NCBI GenBank assembly: GCA_013265495.1
Contig: MU058645.1
Span: 558,001-620,000 of the forward strand
DNA length: 62,000 nucleotides
Source of the DNA: Vicugna vicugna
Taxonomy: Eukaryota
Reading direction: 5' to 3'
Both the position numbers and the translations under genes were made by a program. Below, piece after piece: positions 37,942-50,194 of the stretch (position 1 is the first letter of the stretch; each line of letters begins with the position of its first letter). A model generated the notes under the pieces. The model was given only the letters and a program-made list of their open reading frames with translations, was not told where the DNA came from and ran no database searches.

Positions 37942-38874
37942 CTGGAAATCAAGAACTGAAACACACCAGAACTGAGCTGACAGGTTAGTGTGTGAGCCTC
38001 CTTGACCCCATTCCTGCATCTCTTCCAATAGTTCTTCAAAATCTGTGTGGAAACGTGCTTTCCATGAATATCCCCAGTCAGCCTTTCCTGTTTGACATGC
38101 ACACACACTGCATCAAGCTCCCAGCCCTTCAGCTTGAACGTCATCCTCAAACTTTCCGATCACCTGCCTCTCATTTCGGTAATGCTTGGCTTTAATCCTG
38201 CATATTTTGATAAAAGAAGGAAAGCTGCTGGTTCATATCCCTCTCCATGTCATCTCTTTTTACTAAAAACAAACAACAACAAAACAAAACAGAGAAACTC
38301 TATCATACATACCTCTTATTTTTCTTATTTAGTTAAAATTTTAAGGTAAGGGTGAACCCACAGGCTAGACATCCTGGGGATACATGAGCACATCAGATTT
38401 GGGGTATCCCCTAAGATTTTTAACCTTGTAAGTCTACCTTCATCTTGACTGTGCAGACATCACCTGCCCTGGGGAATTTCTCATCTCTCAGATTCTCTTT
38501 CTCAGACCCGACACCCTCACTCCAGACTCAGATCTCCAAATTCCCGCTGAAGTCAAGACAGTGAAGTTTAATTTTTCCCCTTCCTCTAAACAAAATTCCA
38601 AGACATTCTTCAATGGAAGGACCTCTCTACTATAGGCATTCACTCTCTAAACTGCCAAACACCAGCAGACACCACGAAATTACAATATTTCCTTCAGTGT
38701 AAACAGCTTTTTTTCTTTTTTTGAGGAGAGGAGCATAGGTCTTTAATTTGTCTTTTTAAAGGGAAGGGAAATGATTTTTAAAAATGTTATCCCATGATAT
38801 GGTAAACACACAGTAACTCTGGGTTTCTTTTTCTTCTACTTTTAAATTCTCCCTTGTTTTAACTTTACTCTTAC

Positions 38875-38933
38875 ATATGGGGTATCCTATTGGAAGTAGG
38901 GATTCAGAGCGGTTCAGAGAGGTATCCTTGGAA
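38875..38933 (-). pseudogene. Pseudo-exon E (SKDTSLNRSESLLPIGYPI)
   Basis: Acceptor tcctttttgcttggttag| and donor TAT|gtaaga. 59 nt; the only open frame is the phase 2 to 1 frame that exon D requires. Confidence 0.6.
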
Positions 38934-39084
38934 CTAACCAAGCAAAAAGGACAGTTCAGTAGACTTAGCTATACCGCAGAATTGCATTTGCCTCCAACCA
39001 TCCTTACTTTAAAAAACAGGATGAAAAACCTCTTCATTTTGTCTTCCACTAAGTCTGTTTCTCGTATAGAATGGATCAACTTAC

Positions 39085-39158
39085 TTTTCCAGTGTGTCTG
39101 TTGTTTTTAGAATCTCCTTTCTCATCAAGCAGCAGCAGCAGCAAGTGCTTCATGGAAA
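39085..39158 (-). pseudogene. Pseudo-exon D, Cys-rich juxtamembrane (FP*STCCCCCLMRKEILKTTDTLE)
   Basis: Acceptor ctcacatttttttaag| and consensus donor AAA|gtaagt. 74 nt, phase 0 to 2. One TGA at 39152-39150; (TGC)5 at 39143-39129. Confidence 0.6.
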
Positions 39159-39559
39159 CTTAAAAAAATGTGAGCTCTTAAAGCTGCGCATCTGTGTGGA
39201 TGTTCAAGAGGCATAATCCACATACAATTACAGAACAAAACCCAAAGAAAAATAACGTAAATGCAGAAGCTGTTTTCATCCCCTCCCACACACGGATACA
39301 CAATCCTACCTCTTAAGAGCTATTATTATAGAGCAGCTTTTCTTGGATTCTCAAGTTTAAGGTTCTGAAAATAATTTTATAAAGAAATCAGATGTATATC
39401 AGAAAAACAAAACATAATAATAAATGATATAGATACTTTACTTAGTCTATAAGTAAAATATCAGACCAATATTCAAAATACATCATTCATTATGACTATT
39501 ATATATGAAAATGCCTGATATTCTAAAATTCTTTTATTAAAATGTTTAATGAGACATCC

Positions 39560-40970
39560 ATCTCTAGAAGACTAGATACCCTGGGTGACTTTTTTATTAA
39601 AACCATTACAATACTGGAAGATAGGTAATAGATAGGTGATAATATTGTGTCACACTGTTGAGCTGGGATAGAAGGAGAACTCTGCAGACGTCTAGAAGAA
39701 AATGAAAGCAGAAACCAGGGGAAAAAGCAAGAACCAAAGCTGGCTTCGCCTGGGATTTCATAGGAAACTTGGAGGCCGTGAGCGTCTGCTTTGATGTGAA
39801 AGAAAAGAGAAAACGTCCAATGAGAGGAATCTCATAGGATCCTTTTCTTCATAAAGTGAGATCCTCAAGGAATAAAGCCACAGTTCAGAGAGATTTCTTG
39901 CCTTCAATTTTGGTACTATCTACACAGGGGGAAAGTCACACAGTTTATAGCTCAAAGTCACAATATCTGCATGGAAGGAAGGAAGAAAAGAAGGAAAGAA
40001 AGAAAGAATTTAATTTAAAGATGTTCCAGTCTTGCAGGGTACCAGGTCACTGGCAGAAGAAGATCCAGCCAGGGAGGAAATATTCCCACATGTAAATCCA
40101 GGAAAAAGAGTTAACATTTGCATAAACATAAAACTCAGAAGGAAACAAGGCACCATGTACGAGAGCCAGCCGAAAGAGCAGACAGTAAAAGAGAATCCAC
40201 AAGGAATTATTCAAAATGGGAATTATCAGGATATGTTTAAAGACATAAGAGCCTGGAAACATAAGAAAGCAGCAAGAGTTGATTAAAAGCATGAACATTC
40301 TAAAAAGAATTACATCTTAATTTTCTCTTCCACAAATGAAATTAAAATTAAATTAATGGATTCAAAGGCAGATTGGAGAAAGTTAGATGGAAAAAAGAAA
40401 AAGAATTAATGAGCTGGCAGATAAAGCTGAAGAAAATCATCCAAAATGCAGCCACAGGGAAAAAGAGATGAGGACAATGACCAAAAAGAAAGAAGAAAGT
40501 TTTCATTTCATCAAACTGGAGTTCCAGAAGGAGAAAATAGAGGATGAGAATCACCAGTTAAAAGACAATGACGATGGCTGGAAACATCCCAGTGTTGTTG
40601 GGAGGAGCAGTTCTTCCATTTGGGAAGCCTATTGAGTTTCAATCAACATAAATAAAATTCACACTGATTGCTGTGAAACTGCAGACCAGCGAAGAGCCAA
40701 GGAAGGAAGACAAAGAACTGGCCAGCGGGCTGGTAATGGGTTCTCGACAGGACGAGCCGAAGCCGTAAGGCAGAGTAACTAACATCTTTAGAGAGCTGAT
40801 GCAAAATAATTGTCAGTCTAAATTCCCGTACCTTTCAGGAAGGAGGGAAAAATAAAGATATATTCAGACAAGTCAAAATTGAGTTTGTCACCAGCAGACT
40901 CTCACTAAAGGACCCTCTCAAGAATTTACGTGCGGCAGAGGGACAGCGATTTCAGTTGGAAAGTCTGTGT
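39560..40970 (+). mobile_element. Old L1M 5' / ORF1 region remnant
   Basis: ORF1-like KRINELADKAEENHPK and aaaataattgtcagtctaaattcccgtacc...aataaagatatattcagacaa. Confidence 0.65.
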
Positions 40971-41179
40971 GTCAGTGCACGATCCCGTCACGGGGCGTGA
41001 GGACTTGCTGGCCAGAACCTAAAGCATCCCCCCAGGACCACGATCTACGAGAGTCATTCTGAGTGTTACATGGCTCAAGAGCTTGAAGAGACAGTCTGTG
41101 GCACCTGGAACGCCCTATCTGTTATCTACGCATTTCTAGGAAGGAAATCACTTCTTCAACGTGGTAACAGCTAGGTACA

Positions 41180-42092
41180 GAGGGCCTTCAGTAGACACCT
41201 TAATTAATGTCCGATGAGCATCTCAAAAGGGACGTTCCCCAACCGAGCTACTGATGCTCCTTTCAGACCTGAAACCTGCTCCCATCTTTGCCAGTTGGCA
41301 ACTTTATTCTTCTATTAATCAATAATTCTTAACTCTTCTCTGCCTCTTGTATCAGCATTCTATGAGGAAATCTCGCTAACTTTCTCCAAAACACACCAAG
41401 AGCCAGACCACATATTACCACCTTGTTCAGAGCCGTGGTCATCTCTCACCTGGAGTGCTGGGGTTGCCTCTCTATGGCCTGGCTGCATCCTTATTGGCAT
41501 CCTCTCTCCACCCATGCCATCTGTGCCAAATATAGCAGCAAATATATCTGCGGTCTTTTTAAACCTTGACTCAGGCCACGGCACTCCTGGGTCAGACCTT
41601 GTGGTGGCTCCCAGTACACTCTTTAGAAGCCCAAGTTCCAAAATGATGGTGATGACCCAGGACCTGAGTCATCCAGCCTCTCTCACCTCCCTGACCTCCT
41701 CTCCCATGGCCCTGACCTCCCTCGTTTCACACCCGCTGCCTTGCTTCTGTGATGTTTCTGGAACACACTGGACATATTGTCATGTTCCCAGCAAAAGATG
41801 ATCACTTCTTCCGGGAACATTTTTCCCCAGATAAGGCAGTGATTCCAGAAATCTACCTGCTCATCTAATTGAAGGTTGCAGCACCTCCTGAGACCTCACC
41901 CACCTTTCTTTGTGCTATATTCCCCACGGCGCTTGTCACTATTACAATTTTTATAGACTTTAGTTATTTATTGTCCTATTGGTTACTTTCTGTCCTCACC
42001 TTTGTTAAATACAGCTCCATGAAGTCCAGCTTTTTGTTGCTTTTGTTTGCAGGTATGTGCTAAGCTTGGCTGAATATCTGTTGAATGAATGA
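41180..42092 (+). mobile_element. L2 3' region
   Basis: gatgagcatctcaaa...tggctcccagtacactctttagaagcccaagttcc...tatctgttgaatgaatgaa terminus. Confidence 0.8.
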
Positions 42093-42099
42093 AAAGTTA

Positions 42100-44090
42100 C
42101 AATCATTTTACTTAAGACCAAGGAAAAAATAAGGAAATATAGTAAAATAGATAGCAAAAGAAATTAAAGATAAAGCTGGAATAAAAGAAAGCAAATCATT
42201 CTATTTAGAAAATATGATTATCTCCAGAAGTCTCAAGAAATCTACAGGTAAATTACTACAGTTAATAAGAGAATTTGGCAAAATTGCTCTACACAGAATC
42301 AATATGCAGAGGTATAATTGCATTCCTATTCTACAGCAACAAAAAGTTATTAAACTAATTTTTAAAAAGACTAGATACCATTTTAAATAGAAAGAAAAAA
42401 GCATATAGGACCTTAGAATAAACTTAAAATAAAAATTTTTAACATCCTATTTAAATACTATCTCACCAAAGAAGTATAAGACATTTAAAAATAGAAGTTT
42501 AAGAAAATCTAAATCAAAGAAATATATGGCAATGTTTAAATAAAAATTCAATATTGAATATCTATCACTGCTACACAAGTTGATTTATAGTTTCAATGTA
42601 ATTCCAGCAAATTTCCCAACAGAGTTTTTCACAAACTTCATGAAGTATTTCTAAAATTTAAAAGGAAGACAAACAGCCAAGGATCATCAAGGGCCTTTCA
42701 CAGAAGAACAAGGTGGAAATTATTGCTCGACTAGATATCAATGCTTATTATAGAATAGTAATAATTCAGCTACAAATGTTTAAAGTAACAGCAATCAAGC
42801 TGTATTGTAAAATAGGAGTAATTAAAACAGAGGGAAACACTAAAGCAGAGGTAAGCACATGGAGAGCCCAGAAACAGACCCACATCTGTGGGAACCATCT
42901 ATCACCGAGTGTGCGGGGCAGGTGAGTGGGGAAGCAATGCGGTCCACGCTAAGTGGTTTTTCATATTGAAAACTAATGAAGTTCGTCCTCAACATTTTAG
43001 AAAAGAAAGTGAGAGAATCTTATGATCTGTATGTAGGAAAAAATTTCTTAAACAAGACGCCCCCCCTAACCAAAAGCAGAAAAGATGGATAATTTTGACT
43101 ACAGTAGAATGAAGAAGCTTCTGTTCATTTAAGAATACCATAAAGTGAAAGCCTCAAAGTGAGAAAGAATATTTTAAATACCTAAAAGGGTTAGTATTAA
43201 TAGAATTAAAAATGTTTTCACCAACCAATAAGAAAAAGACAAACAATCCAATGGAAAAATTAGCCCCCCAAAAAGGACACCAATAAGTATTTACAGACAT
43301 GGAACACGCGTGGCCCACAATGTATGAAATGAGACACAACTACAGCTTTAATCAGGAAAATGTAAGTGAAATCCACAATTAAACTCTATTTCACTATCAC
43401 CAAATTGGGAAAAACTAAAGTCTGATAATGTCAAGTGCTGGTGAGGATGCAGGAGACTGAGAACACATACCTGCACGAATGAAAATTCGTGCAAGCACTT
43501 TGGAGTACAGTATGAGGTTATGTTGTAAAGCTGAACATTTTTATGACTAAACATCCTTCCCACCCAGAGAAAATACCGCTCACGTCTGCTTAGAGCTGGG
43601 TAAGAACGTTCGCTGTTCATAGTAACAAAAGGAGGTAAAGAGTTGGAATGCTTATCAGTAATGGAACTGGCAAATCAATTGCAAAATATCTTTTAAGTAG
43701 AACACTCCAAAGCAGTAACATTAACTAATAAATGACCTGGAGCCACATGTATCACTATGGAGCAATCTCTAGAACATAAATGTTGAGAAAAATAAGTTAC
43801 ACAAGAATACATACAGTAAGATTTCATTTACATGCAATTCAAAGCAGGCACATTTAAGCAATTTATTATTTAGGGATATATGCACAGATGATAATAGTTC
43901 TATAAAGAAAACAAAGGAATGGTTAAAATGAAGTTCAAGAAAACAGATACCTCTAGACAGGATGCAGAGGCAGGGAGAGAGAAAAAGAATAGGTAAAGTA
44001 TTAATAATGATCGATTTTTTAAGCTGGTCCCTTGTACAAGACTTATTTTTTTAACTTTACATCATCTATTATGCCTTCTTTTTGTGTCTT
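42100..44090 (+). mobile_element. Old L1M ORF2 and 3' UTR remnant
   Basis: aaattactacagttaataagagaatttggcaa, tgataatgtcaagtgctggtgaggatgcaggag, gaatacatacagtaagatttcattta. Confidence 0.85.
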
Positions 44091-44907
44091 GTAATAAGCA
44101 TGTTTTTAAAAGTCGACTGTTTCCAATTTATACCACTGTCATATGTTTTTAGATTACAAACTGGCATAGAATAGGCTTATTTTCTCATGGGGCTTGACTC
44201 AATTCTGTGCCTTCCCTTAGAAATCCAAAATAGCATGCTAATCTCAGCACAGGGCCATAAACTGAATACAAATGGAAGTATCCATTCTGGGGTACACCTT
44301 TGGGTTTTTTATTCTTTTTGGAGCATTTAGTTAAAATAAAGTTTTATATGATGTGAGAATAGATCCTGGATTCTAATTGTAAACCTCCCTGTCAGAGGCA
44401 GACCAGACAACTGGAGACAAACGTGCACATGGGCAGTCTTCCAAGGCACGTGTCAGTCCTCTCTAATCCCAGGGACAAGAAGCTGGTGTTACTGTGTGCG
44501 TCTGGCTCATGTAAACTGGACAACTGTTCAGATTGCACTTTGGCGAATTCAAGACACTTATTCTCAAATGCCAACATTAAAAAGGCAATAAATAAATAAA
44601 TAAAAACATAAGCAAAACATGGGCAAGCATATACAAAATCCATAAAATACAGATATATTTTAATATTTGCTCTATGCAAGAATGCTATTGCTATAAGTTA
44701 CATGTGTTACTTCTAGAAATTAAAAATTAAATTATGGGACACAACCATTAACAAGTTTACTTTTTTTTAGCCAATCATCACAATTCTTCTTCATCATTAG
44801 TTGACAAGATATATAAATAATTTTAGCACTCAAGAGAATTTTATAACTCAACATAAAATGGCACTAATATTAGTTCTATGAAATATTTGACTTGCAAATC
44901 AATTTAC

Positions 44908-45036
44908 CCATGTTCTCCTAGAGCAAGAACAGTATAATGCAGTTGCAAATTGTATTACAAGTAGATTTTCTCCAAATAATCACTCTCAGTTCTATGCCTC
45001 CAACTAAATAATCCTGAAATGTTTGCATTTGATTAT
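44908..45036 (-). pseudogene. Pseudo-exon C, degenerate transmembrane exon (NQMQTFQDYLVGGIELRVII/GENLLVIQFATALYCSCSRRTW)
   Basis: Branch-like ctaat plus tattattttccag| acceptor; donor TGG|gtaaat. Removing one base near 44974-44976 joins a phase-1 start to a phase-0 end and gives a TM-like helix followed by CSCSRR. Confidence 0.5.
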
Positions 45037-45202
45037 CTGGAAAATAATAATTAGAACAATTATGATATTTCCTGGGGGACCAATAATCTAGCAAATTAAA
45101 TCCCGTGAAATATAAATATGTCACCATTATCTTTTAATATCAGTGAGCTGGATCAGGGAAAACAGAAGCTATTGTTCAGTAACTAAGTAAGTGTGGTCTT
45201 AC

Positions 45203-45266
45203 TATTAGCACTCAACAATAACCACATAGATGTGTCCGGGGCTGTTTAACAAGGTTCCTTGTGATT
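45203..45266 (-). pseudogene. Pseudo-exon B, short stalk (SQGTLLNSP.. / ..SMWLLLSAN)
   Basis: Acceptor attctttgctttag| and donor ATA|gtaaga. Length 64 nt, one more than a phase 1-1 exon, implying a frameshift. Confidence 0.45.
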
Positions 45267-45547
45267 CTAAAGCAAAGAATTAATGAGGAGGTTTGTGTTA
45301 AACAGGCTCTGACCCTGAATAAAACAATCTGATTTTCAGCTTCAACATAACAACATAGTGTTGCTTAAATATGCTTGTGGATTTACTAAACTGTTATCCT
45401 TGTTCAGATGAAAATGAAAGCAGTGGGAAGTGGTGTGATTTTTAAAACCATGAAAACAAAATAAAATGTTTTTCATCTCAGGAGTCTGTGCTTCAGGCGT
45501 CTCTTTCCAAGTCTATGTCAAGTTAAACTGAAAAGTAAGTAGCTTAC

Positions 45548-45657
45548 ATGGCCCCAGAATAAATAGACTCATCCAAATCTTTGCAACATACCAAATCTAG
45601 ATGATTTGGAAATTATCTCATAGGACCATGGTCAACATCACCCAACCTCAACATCAC
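45548..45657 (-). pseudogene. Pseudo-exon A, signal-peptide-like (MLTMVL*DNFQII*IWYVAKIWMSLFILGP)
   Basis: Acceptor ccttccttaaccag|G and donor CAT|gtaagc. Hydrophobic frame ends in phase 1 and carries two stops. Confidence 0.4.
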
Positions 45658-45979
45658 CTGGTTAAGGAAGGTAATGAATATATGCAGGTCAGTCATCTGG
45701 GACATGGTCAATTCCAGGCAGGAAGCGAGCAGGCATACTAGAGATAGGGGCTTCTTGCTCTTAATGTAGACAGCTAGGGAAGAGTGCTGGATGAGGACCT
45801 GAGACAGGAGAAGCCTGGAGCTGTTCTGGTGGTGCTGGCAGGCTTTTCTTGCATATGGCATTGACAGCCTCAAGCTGGCAGCAAAACAAAGTTTCAGTCT
45901 TTCATTGAACAGAAGTTAAAGCACCTCCAGGGCTGTACTGGGGCCACATGCTGGGGCACCGGCATCCAGGGCCTGGATG

Positions 45980-46208
45980 CAAGCATTTATCGCTATTAAT
46001 TTTCCTCTCAGCACTACTTTGGCTGTGTCTTATGAATTTTCATGTGTTCTATTTTTATTTAATTCATTTCAATGTATTATTTAAATTTCCTTTGAGATTT
46101 CCTCTTTGGCCCATGGATTCCTCCGAAATATATTATTTAGTTTCCAAGTGTTCAGAGCCTTTACTGTTATTTTCCTGTAATGGATTTCTAGTTTGATTCC
46201 ATTGTGGT
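45980..46208 (-). mobile_element. L1M ORF2 fragment
   Basis: gctattaattttcctctcagcactactttggctgtgtc...gatttctagtttgattccattgtggt. Confidence 0.75.
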
Positions 46209-47030
46209 ACTTCCAGTTTCAGTTCTGACATGTAAAGAGTCTAGAATTCATCACTCTCATCCTCACAATTAAAAAAAAAAAGCACCTTGACAAGTTGAAA
46301 ATCAGTGACCTTTTTTTGGACACATCAGAAAATCAAATCCACAGGGTGACCCACCACTCCAAAATCTGAAGAAGCAGACAAATCCAGAGATGCACAGTCG
46401 TGACCTACTTACACAGAGTAGAAGCTGCTGGAGTCATAAACTGGTAAGAAGATTTAAATAGTAATTTTTGTGAATTTCTGAAATCTGAGTGTGAAATAGT
46501 GTGAGAATGAAGAACTCTGAATTGTGCAATCTTAGGGGTGGGGTATGCTTTCATAGGTTTTATCTTCAGGAACTCCAACAGGTTCCCAGGGTGAAGAATC
46601 CAAAAGGTTTCCTCTGGGCTCTGTCAGAAGGATGAGAAAAACCGTAGTGAAATACACCCAGAGTGCTCTGCACCACAAAGACCTGCTCTCTGGGGTAAAA
46701 GTCTTTCTTAGTTCCTCACCCAACCTTGGGGAAGGGCATTTCCCAACTCTAACCCCTTCTAGTCTTCCTGCACTACTTAAGGGGTTAAAATAGAGCTGAG
46801 AAAACTTGTGAAGGTCACGGCCTAAGGACAGGACTCAACTAACAGGCTTAGACTTAGTTGTAAGGTCATACGACACATCCACTCTCACCTTCTGGGCACA
46901 GCAACAGGGCTCCGGTGAAATAACAGTAGGTTACAGCTGAGACAGCTGTGAAACTCTGCCTAAGGAACGGTTTTAGGAAATCTCAACGACAGCAGGGTAA
47001 GCGAAAACAAAGATGAGAGAGGAATTTGAG
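46209..47030 (+). mobile_element. Old L1M 5' UTR
   Basis: acttccagtttcagttctgacatgtaaagag...gacaagttgaaaatcagtgacctttttttgga resembles recalled L1M 5' ends. Confidence 0.55.
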
Positions 47031-47039
47031 GCCCACAAG

Positions 47040-47435
47040 TATTCTCTCTAGCTTTACCCATGTTACCTCTAAGCTAATGGAACATTCCTCCTTCCCCTTT
47101 ACCAGGCTAGCTCTTCGTGATCATTCAGGACTAATTTAAATCACCTCTTCATGAACAACATATGGATACAGTTTTCCTGAAAGGCACCACAGAGCTGCAT
47201 AAATCCCTGATCGCCAAGGTAAGGTTAGGTTCCTCCTTGTGCACTCAGGGTCTCCTGTGCACCCCAGACTTGCATTTTAACTTGATTACCTAGTTACTTG
47301 ACATTCTTTGTGTCTAACCCTAAGTTCATTAATACCCAGGATTCATGTGGTTCACCTGTGTGTGTTAGTTCCTACCACTCACAGTTCCTGACACATAATA
47401 TGGTCTCAATAAAATATACTAAATTCAGAAAGAAT
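47040..47435 (+). mobile_element. L2 3' region
   Basis: cacagttcctgacacataatatggtctcaataaaatatact terminus. Confidence 0.65.
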
Positions 47436-48269
47436 TGAGTCCATCTACCTATATAAGCAGGGATGTGATATAATAACCACTGAATCCTTATTCTCAGGTT
47501 CTAAGACATTCGATCTAGAGCTATCCTGGCTCCTGCAGCTCTTGGGACACAGTGTTATCCTTTCAATAGATAATACCCCTCATTTTTTCTCTCAAAGTAG
47601 TTCCAGCTTGGCTTTAGAAATACTTCTCTTTGGTAATGTGGAGAATGGACTAGAATGTTCCCTTTTCTCCAGATAGACCGTCTCCTTAGAAAAGGGAATA
47701 TGGCCTTCAGTAACACAGAACTGATAAACCACAGCCTAGGAAACCATGAGGAAAGGGGACATTTGAGCTGTAGCACCATTAGGGAAGCTAGTTAGGGTCA
47801 GCTTGGTTCACATAACAATTCCTGAACTAGGGGAGACGAGGATTGGAAGAGAAGCACGGGAATGAAACAGATCTCACAAGGGACAGGGAAGGCGTCTGTT
47901 AGAGAAGAGGTCCAAGAAATCAGAGGGATCCCAGAGGGACCAGCTAGTAACTGTTCACCACACTGATGTCACCTCATACATCCCACCTCAGTTTGTAACA
48001 ACTTATGACTTCCATGTTGATGGGGTAAGGAGGGGTGTTTGAAAACACATAGTACTTGAAACAACTTCCTTCATGTTTATGGGGCTCAGGAGGTTGAGAG
48101 AAATATTTCACTTCCCCTAAGAAATGTTGTCTGATACAAGAGCTCCCAAAATGTACTGCAAAATGTGTAACACATTCATTCATTTGATAGATGTTATTCT
48201 GTTCCAGAAGCAGAAGTCCTACCAAGAGCTTTGACTTGTCGGTATCGTACACCAACCAACATGGACACT

Positions 48270-48640
48270 TCAGAGTCTTAAGCCATTTCGTAGGTCATCC
48301 AGTCCAGTCTTCACCTCATGTAGCCATTCCTTCTAGCTTTTCTCTGACATTGACCCCAACATCTAGTTGAATACTTACAGTGGTGAGAAACTCATTGCTT
48401 TGCAAACAAACAAAAAACAAAATCATTCATTCCATTATAAGATAAATACAGCTATTAGAGATATGCTGCTTATGATAAATCTATTTTTTTTCACAATCAC
48501 TATCTATTGTTCTTTATGTGTTATAGAATAAAGCTTCATCTTCTACTTGATGACATTTTGGCTACTTGAAGACAGATACCTTGAGCCCTCATCATTTTCT
48601 CTTTTTCAGGTTAAATATCCCCATGTATTATTATTATGGA
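48270..48640 (-). mobile_element. CR1/L3 remnant
   Basis: aggtcatccagtccagtc...gttgaatacttacagtggtgagaaactcattgc...ctttttcaggttaaatatcccc. Confidence 0.65.
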
Positions 48641-49620
48641 ATCATATAAAAAGCTTATGATTAGAACAGCAGCTTTGTAGTCTTGACACCACCACACAAA
48701 TTTTAGAAACACAATGGTTAGCCCTTGTGATTTGCATTATTCATGAGTCACTATGAAAGTCGTGTCATGCTCTGATTTATAATTTTTGAAGAATGATTTT
48801 ATTTGAGATGCAGAAGCACATCCTTTGACCAGTAAGTGCCCCTAGCTGCTGGCTGTCACATGCATAGAAGGATAAATGTAAATGTCATATTGTATTTGGG
48901 GATTTGGAGTTTTGGATATTTCTGGAAACTTCCCTTGAAACTGTTAAATGCCTACTCTACATATAGTAAATGTGTTACAGTTTAATTTTGTTTGAGTGAA
49001 AGATTGGTCATTGTTCATGTCCCCAGTGCTTGTATTGGTTCACACATCACATCAGCCCTGGAAAAGTAATTACCATTCCTTCGGCCAACAAAACTTGATA
49101 AATTGTAAAAGCCTTCCGGTGGAAGCCTTCCCATCACCTAGTGGCAGTAATAAATCAACCAGGCAGTCCCATCCAGAAGTCACTTCATTACTGAGTGTGT
49201 ACTGAGAAAATGGCTTTCTGCATTAGCATAGCTTACTTAGGAGGTAATAGATATTACAGTGCTATGAAAAACTTGACCTTAAAGTGCTATTGCCCCCCAC
49301 CCTTGATGCGTAATTGGTATTTAAAAAACAATGATTTTGAACAATATATTTGGATCTTTTTTTATTTTAATATGGATGGGGATGAAAGTATTTTTTTCTA
49401 GCCCCAGCGATTACAAAGCTGAAGCATGACATCTTACTTGGCGTCTGCAGCCGTAGGAATTCTTCCTTGCATGGGGGTCTCCCACAGTAGTGTCACTCTG
49501 TCCTGTCTTGTTGGTGGCTTCTATGCCCCGGGACAACTAGCTCCCTGCCCTCCCTCTATTTCTCATGCTCCTGCAAAAATCTCAACTCAGTTTTTCTTGA
49601 GTGCCCTTCTGTTGATTTTT

Positions 49621-50194
49621 TTTAACATTTTTTATTGATTTATAATCATTTTACAATGTTGTGTCAAATTCCAGTGTTCAGCACAATTTTTCAGTCATTC
49701 ATGGACATATACACACTCATTGTCACATTTTTTTCTCTGTGATTTATCATAACATTTTGTGTATATTTCCCTGTGCTATACAGTGTAATCTTGTTTATCT
49801 ATTCTACAATTTTGAAATCCCAGTCTATCCCTTCCCACCCTCCACCCCCCTGGTAACCACAAGTCTGTATTCTCTGTCCATGAGTCTATTTCTGTCCTGT
49901 ATTTATGCTTTGTTTTTGTTTGTTTGTTTGTTTTTGTTTTTTAGATTCCACATATGAGCGATCTCATATGGTATTTTTCTTTCTCTTTCTGGCTTACTTC
50001 ACTTAGAATGACATTCTCCAGGAGCATCCATGTTGCTGCAAATGGCATTATGTTGTCGGTTTTTATGGCTGAGTAGTATTCCATTGTATAAATATACCAC
50101 ATCTTCTTTATCCAGTCACCTGTTGATGGACATTTAGGCTGTTTCCATGTTTTGGCTATTGTAAATAGTGCTGCTATGAACATTGGGGTGCAGG
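49621..50194 (-). mobile_element. Young 5'-truncated camelid L1 with a perfect TSD
   Basis: Uninterrupted ORF2p C-terminus at 50183-49941 (MFIAALFTIAKTWKQPKCPS...SLICGI). TSD TGTTGATTTTT at 49610-49620 and 50195-50205. Confidence 0.97.

Larger units (their letters stand above)
21082..45657 (-). pseudogene. Candidate unprocessed multi-exon pseudogene of an unidentified single-pass (type I) membrane protein
   Basis: Minus-strand exon relics with AG/GT ends at 45657-45548, 45266-45203, 45036-44908, 39158-39085, 38933-38875, 37941-37892, (34550-34479), 28133-28095, plus a terminal exon 21753-21082. Phases chain together. The 39.1, 38.9, 37.9 and 28.1 kb exons splice into 63 stop-free codons (MRKEILK...GEESQ). 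Reconstructed by eye; no homology search was run. Confidence 0.6.
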
